From: the human T2T-CHM13v2.0 reference genome, Homo sapiens
Direction: 5' to 3' (one strand)
Length of the DNA: 64,000 bases
Assembly: GCF_009914755.1 (NCBI RefSeq)
Contig: NC_060936.1
In this document: positions 59,223-64,000 of the stretch, piece by piece
Numbering within the stretch: the first letter of the stretch is position 1
Layout of the letters: each line of letters starts with the position of its first letter
Translations under genes and position numbers: made by a program
The notes under the pieces: model-generated
What the model saw: the letters and a program-made list of their open reading frames with translations, nothing else
Database searches by the model: none
Told to the model about the DNA's origin: nothing

Positions 59223-60378
59223 TCAGACTTTCAGACTCCAAAACCCATTCTCTTCAGTCATATGCATTCTACTACCACATGAACTGTGAAGGAAGAACTG
59301 CTGGATTGGAAGACAGTTGGCTGCAAGAGTTAAAGGAAACATATAACAAAAATAAACACAGATTTTTAGCTTCAGAGACTAGAAGGATCGTTGCATGACA
59401 AATAAATGGTATACATAGAAAGGGGAACAGTTTGCTGAGAAGGAAGATGCCTTCAGTTTCAGATACAAATGGCAGATTTTTTTCATTAAGAAAGTAGCTT
59501 GGAAATCAAGTAACCAAATCCCCTTTTTTACAGTGAGGAAACTGAGATGCATAAAGCTCCAATCATTTTCCAAAGTCACCAGCTGGTTAGTATTAGAGCT
59601 AGAGTTCTAACTCCCAGGATCAATGTTCTTTTATCAAACCAGGTAGCTTGAGATGGGCCACTAAATTGTCCTAGGGTAGGGTAAGCTGTAGCTTGGAGAT
59701 AAAGATCTCTCGAACAAAGGTCCTTGAAAAGTTGAAGAGTGACTCACTGGGAAATCTGCCCCAGGTATCTGCTTCCTCAAGCTGTTGCTTACGGTGAGGC
59801 CGGTAACTGCTCCAAGAAACCTATTCTAATAAATTCATTTACAGACTCTCCTGACCAAGGAAACTGTCTCTCAGAAACCAGGCTTGGACAAAAACAGCCG
59901 GGCGCGGTGGCTTATGCCTGTAATCCCAGCACTCTGGGAGGCTTAGGTGAGTGGATCACTTAAGTTCAGGAGTTCGAGGCCAGCCTGGCCAACATGGTAA
60001 AACCCTGTCTCTACTAAAAATACAAAAATTAGCCAGGCGTGGTGGTGCATGCCTGTAATTCCAGCTACTCGGGAGGGTGAGGCAGAAGAAAAATTGTGTC
60101 ACTGCACTCCAGCCTGGGCAACAGCACAAGACTCTGTCTCAAAACAAAACCAAAAAAAACAAAACAAAAAAAAAACCACCAAACCAAACCAAAAAATAAA
60201 TGAGCTGGCCCTGCAACCAGCCCTCCCCAAGCCACTAATAAAATCCTGTTCTTATATATCCGATCTCAGTGGCCTCCTCTCTTTTTTTTCTCCTGGGATG
60301 GTTACTTATTCAAGCTGTATGGCTTCCTGAACATAGCCTCAAAAAATTAGAACAAAGTAAAAACTACAAACTCACTTA

Positions 60379-60567
<189 letters not shown>

Positions 60568-61010
60568 TCAAGAGGCTGAGGTGGGTCACTTGAGCCTAGA
60601 GGTTAAGGTTGCAGTGAGCCGTGATCACACCACTGTACTCAACCTGGACTATAGAGCCAGACCCTGTCAAAAAAAAAAAAAGAAAAGAAAAGAAAAAAAA
60701 AAGTAAAGAAAAGAAAGAAAAGAAAGGAAAGAAAGAAAAGAAAAACATTATTTTTAAGAAATAGATTGTAGAGTTTTAGTTTTTCTACCAACCTCTCTTC
60801 CCAATTTGAATGTCATCAGGTAAAAGGGAGCAATTAAAAGAAAAAAAAAAAACTAAAAAACTTCAAGTTGCAAAGGGAATTTTAAATAAAAGCAACATGA
60901 AATACATTGCTACATAATGTTTTTTCAGAAAATTACATTTCTAAATTTATATTTCTGTACAAAAATAGTGACTAAATTCACATTCTTGAACATTTTTTGG
61001 AAGTTAATAG

Positions 61011-61250
<240 letters not shown>

Positions 61251-61359
61251 TGATCCGCCCGCCTCGGCCTTCCAAAGTGCTGGGATTACAGGCGTGAGCC
61301 ACCGTGCCTGGCTGGAAGTTAATAGTTCTTTAACCTTTTTTTTTTAAACTTTTTTTTTT

Positions 61360-61464
61360 AAACATGGACTGCTTCACAAATTTGTGTGTTAACCTCACAC
61401 AGGGACCATGCTAATCTTCTCTGTATCATTTCAACTTTAGTATATGTATGACTGAAGTGAGCAC
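61360..61464 (-). pseudogene. Full-length U6 snRNA retropseudogene with A-rich tail (61336-61359)
   Basis: Reverse complement GTGCTCACTTCAGTCATACATATACTAAAGTTGAAATGATACAGAGAAGATTAGCATGG...; ACAGAGA box retained; CpG decay; short repeat ACCTTTT on both flanks. Confidence 0.92.
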
Positions 61465-61469
61465 TCACC

Positions 61470-63410
61470 TTTTATTCTGAAACAATTTCATACATAAGAG
61501 TTGCAAAAACAGTACAAGAGTTCCCATATACATTTCACCTAGCTTTATCTTATATTACCATAGTACAATTAGCAAAACTAAGAAATGAGCACTGGTACAA
61601 TACTATTAACTATAGACTTTATTGAAATTCCACCAGTTTTTTAATTAACGTCTTATTTCTGTTTCAGGATCATACACTGCATTTAGTTGTCGTGTCTTCC
61701 TAAGTCTACCCCAATCTATGACAGTTACTCTGCTTTTCCTTGTCTTTCATGACCTCGATATTGTTGAAAGTATTGGTCAGATATTATGTAGAATGTTCCT
61801 CAATTTGGGTTTCTTGGTTTCTCCAATAAAATAGAATCAAGACTCCTTGGAGAAGCGGTTGATTCCAGAGCTGGGGAAGGGCAAATACAAGATCAGCCTG
61901 AAACATCTTGCAATACTCAAAAGACAAAACAAAAAAAAGTTTTTTTAAAAAACATGATATTTTCTCAGATTAGATTGAGATTATAAATGTTTGAAAGGAA
62001 TAATCCAGAGTTGATGTTCCCTTCACAGTGCATCATATCAGAGGGTACGTGATGTTGATGTGATGTCTTATTACTCACGACATTAGCCTTGATCACATGG
62101 TTAATGTGGTATATCAGGTTTCTCCTCTGTAAAGTTATTATTTGTTTTCCCTTTGTAATTCATAAATATTATGAGGGAGAACTTTGACTCTGTTTCTCCT
62201 TAAACTTTTTCCCATTAATTTTAGCATTCATGGGTGTGTCTTGCTTATGGCAATTATTACTGGTATTCTAATGGTGATTTTCTGTTACTGTCATCCTTTC
62301 TACATTTATTAATTGAAATTCTTCTATAACGAAGATTTGTTCTCCCTCATTTATTCAACCATTTACTTAGAAGATTTTACATTACTTAGAACCATTTACA
62401 TAGAGATGAAGTCTCCCTATGTTGTCCAGGCTGGTCTCAAATTCCTGAGCTCAGATGATGTTGAAGGCCGAAAGAGTGAGGGTCGTGATCAACTCAGTAT
62501 ACCACTGGAGGCTATATGAGTAAACAGCAAACTGTTCTCATGAATGCAGAATGTTGGCAAACTGACAAATTGCATCTGCCACCCAGAAGGAATGCTGAGG
62601 GCAGTCACACCAGCAGTGTTTCTTGTGATTAGGCATAATTGATACCTGTTAACAGTAATATGAACCTGTGATCAATTAAGCAGCTGACCAATCGTTACCT
62701 CCTCCTCCCTGCTCTTTCTACCCAATAAATACAAAGGGCTGTGGAAGCTCAGTGGGCTGCCTTTGCTCACTAGAAGCAGGGAACTCTCTTTTACTTCCTC
62801 TGACCCCTTCCTTTAAAATAGTTACTTTTAAGTTTTCATTTCTGCTTTCCACACCCTTAGTTCAGTCTTATAATGATGGTCTCAAGTAGTAACAGTAGTA
62901 ACTGTCATAGTGATGGTCTCAAGTAGTAACCTTGGCAGTATGCCACAAGATGATCTTCCTGCTTCAGCCCTCCAAAGTGCTAGGATTACAGGCATGAGCC
63001 ACCACGTCCAGCCCAACCATTTATTTATATTAGGATGGTTTCATAGATAGTTACTTTATTCCCTGTATTATAATCCAATACTATCCTTATTTTATTGCTT
63101 AAATTGTTCCAGCTCTTGGAGTTTTTGGCTTGGCTCCAGTGTTCTCTCAACTTGCCCTGTTTTTTGTTTGTTTTGTTTTTAGCACTTCCTTACTTTCTAG
63201 CACTGCAAGATGTTCCAGGCTCGTCTTGTATTTACCATGCCTCAGCCCTGGAATCAACTATTTCCCCAAGGAGCCCTGTTTTCTTTTATGGGAGAAGTTA
63301 GCATCTGGGCACTACTAGTTATGCTCATTGCCACTGAGATGTCACTGCTTCTAGGCGTCTTAGTGGACAAAACCAAGAATTATATGTATGTATACTGGCC
63401 CATGTATACA
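61470..63410 (-). mobile_element. Old L1MC/ME-type fragments interrupted by Alu and LTR
   Basis: Degenerate antisense L1 3' sequence (e.g. AGTACAATTAGCAAAACTAAGAAATGAGCACTGGTACAATACTATTAACT). Confidence 0.5.
62459..62947 (+). mobile_element. Solo LTR, ERVK class (resembles LTR3-family, HERVK3/HML-6), nested in an Alu monomer (62401-62458 and 62948-63014)
   Basis: TG...CA termini, 489 bp, 6-bp TSD AGATGA (62453-62458 and 62948-62953); CCAAT and AATAAATA TATA-like motifs; subfamily assignment from memory only. Confidence 0.8.
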
Positions 63411-63654
63411 CACTGCTTTTTGTGTGTGTGTGTGTGTGTGACAGAATCCACTGTCACCCAGGCTGGACTGCAGTGGTGCAATCACAGCTCACTGCAGCCT
63501 ACCTCCTGAGCACAAATGATCCTCCCACCTCAGCCTGCCAAGTAGCTGGGACTAGACACATGCCACCGCGCCTGGCTAATATTTTAAATTTTTTTGTAGA
63601 GACAGAGTCTCCCCATATTGTCCAGGCTGGTGTCAAACTCCTGGGCCTAAGTGA

Positions 63655-63888
<234 letters not shown>

Positions 63889-64000
63889 TGAGTAGCTGGG
63901 ACTGCAGGCATGCGCCACCACACCCGAGTAATTTTTGTATTTTTAGTAGAGACAGGGTTTCACCATGTTGGCCAGGATGGTCTCGATCTCTTGACCTCGT

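Overview
Human (primate) genomic DNA, very Alu-rich (about 85 Alu copies or fragments, roughly 35-40% of the window by eye). It is the interior of LIMA1 (EPLIN, actin-bundling LIM protein) on the minus strand. Seven coding exons (exons 2-8 of the long EPLIN-beta transcript, codons 1-344) were reconstructed with GT-AG boundaries and consistent phases (119+46+465+85+149+108+58 coding nt). Exon 1 and exons 9-11 (LIM domain, C-terminus) lie outside the window. The internal EPLIN-alpha promoter sits just upstream of exon 4 and carries an Ets+CArG element nearly identical to the c-fos SRE. Introns contain the MIR1293 hairpin and a varied set of retroposed RNAs: an RPS26 processed pseudogene, a U6 retrocopy, a tailless 5S rRNA half, a tRNA-Gly(TCC) 5' half, and an ERV LTR R-segment with a long TSD. 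There is also a solo ERVK-type LTR nested in an Alu monomer, and L1, L2, MIR and MER relics. Nearly all ORFs in the supplied track are Alu artefacts. I found no convincing wholly new biological system. The best leads are regulatory or RNA-processing hypotheses: an Alu-bracketed, stop-free 465-nt exon 4 circle; uORFs and AUG depletion in the alpha leader; a 5' splice site rebuilt at the exon 5/6 junction; and possible Alu Pol III read-through into MIR1293.
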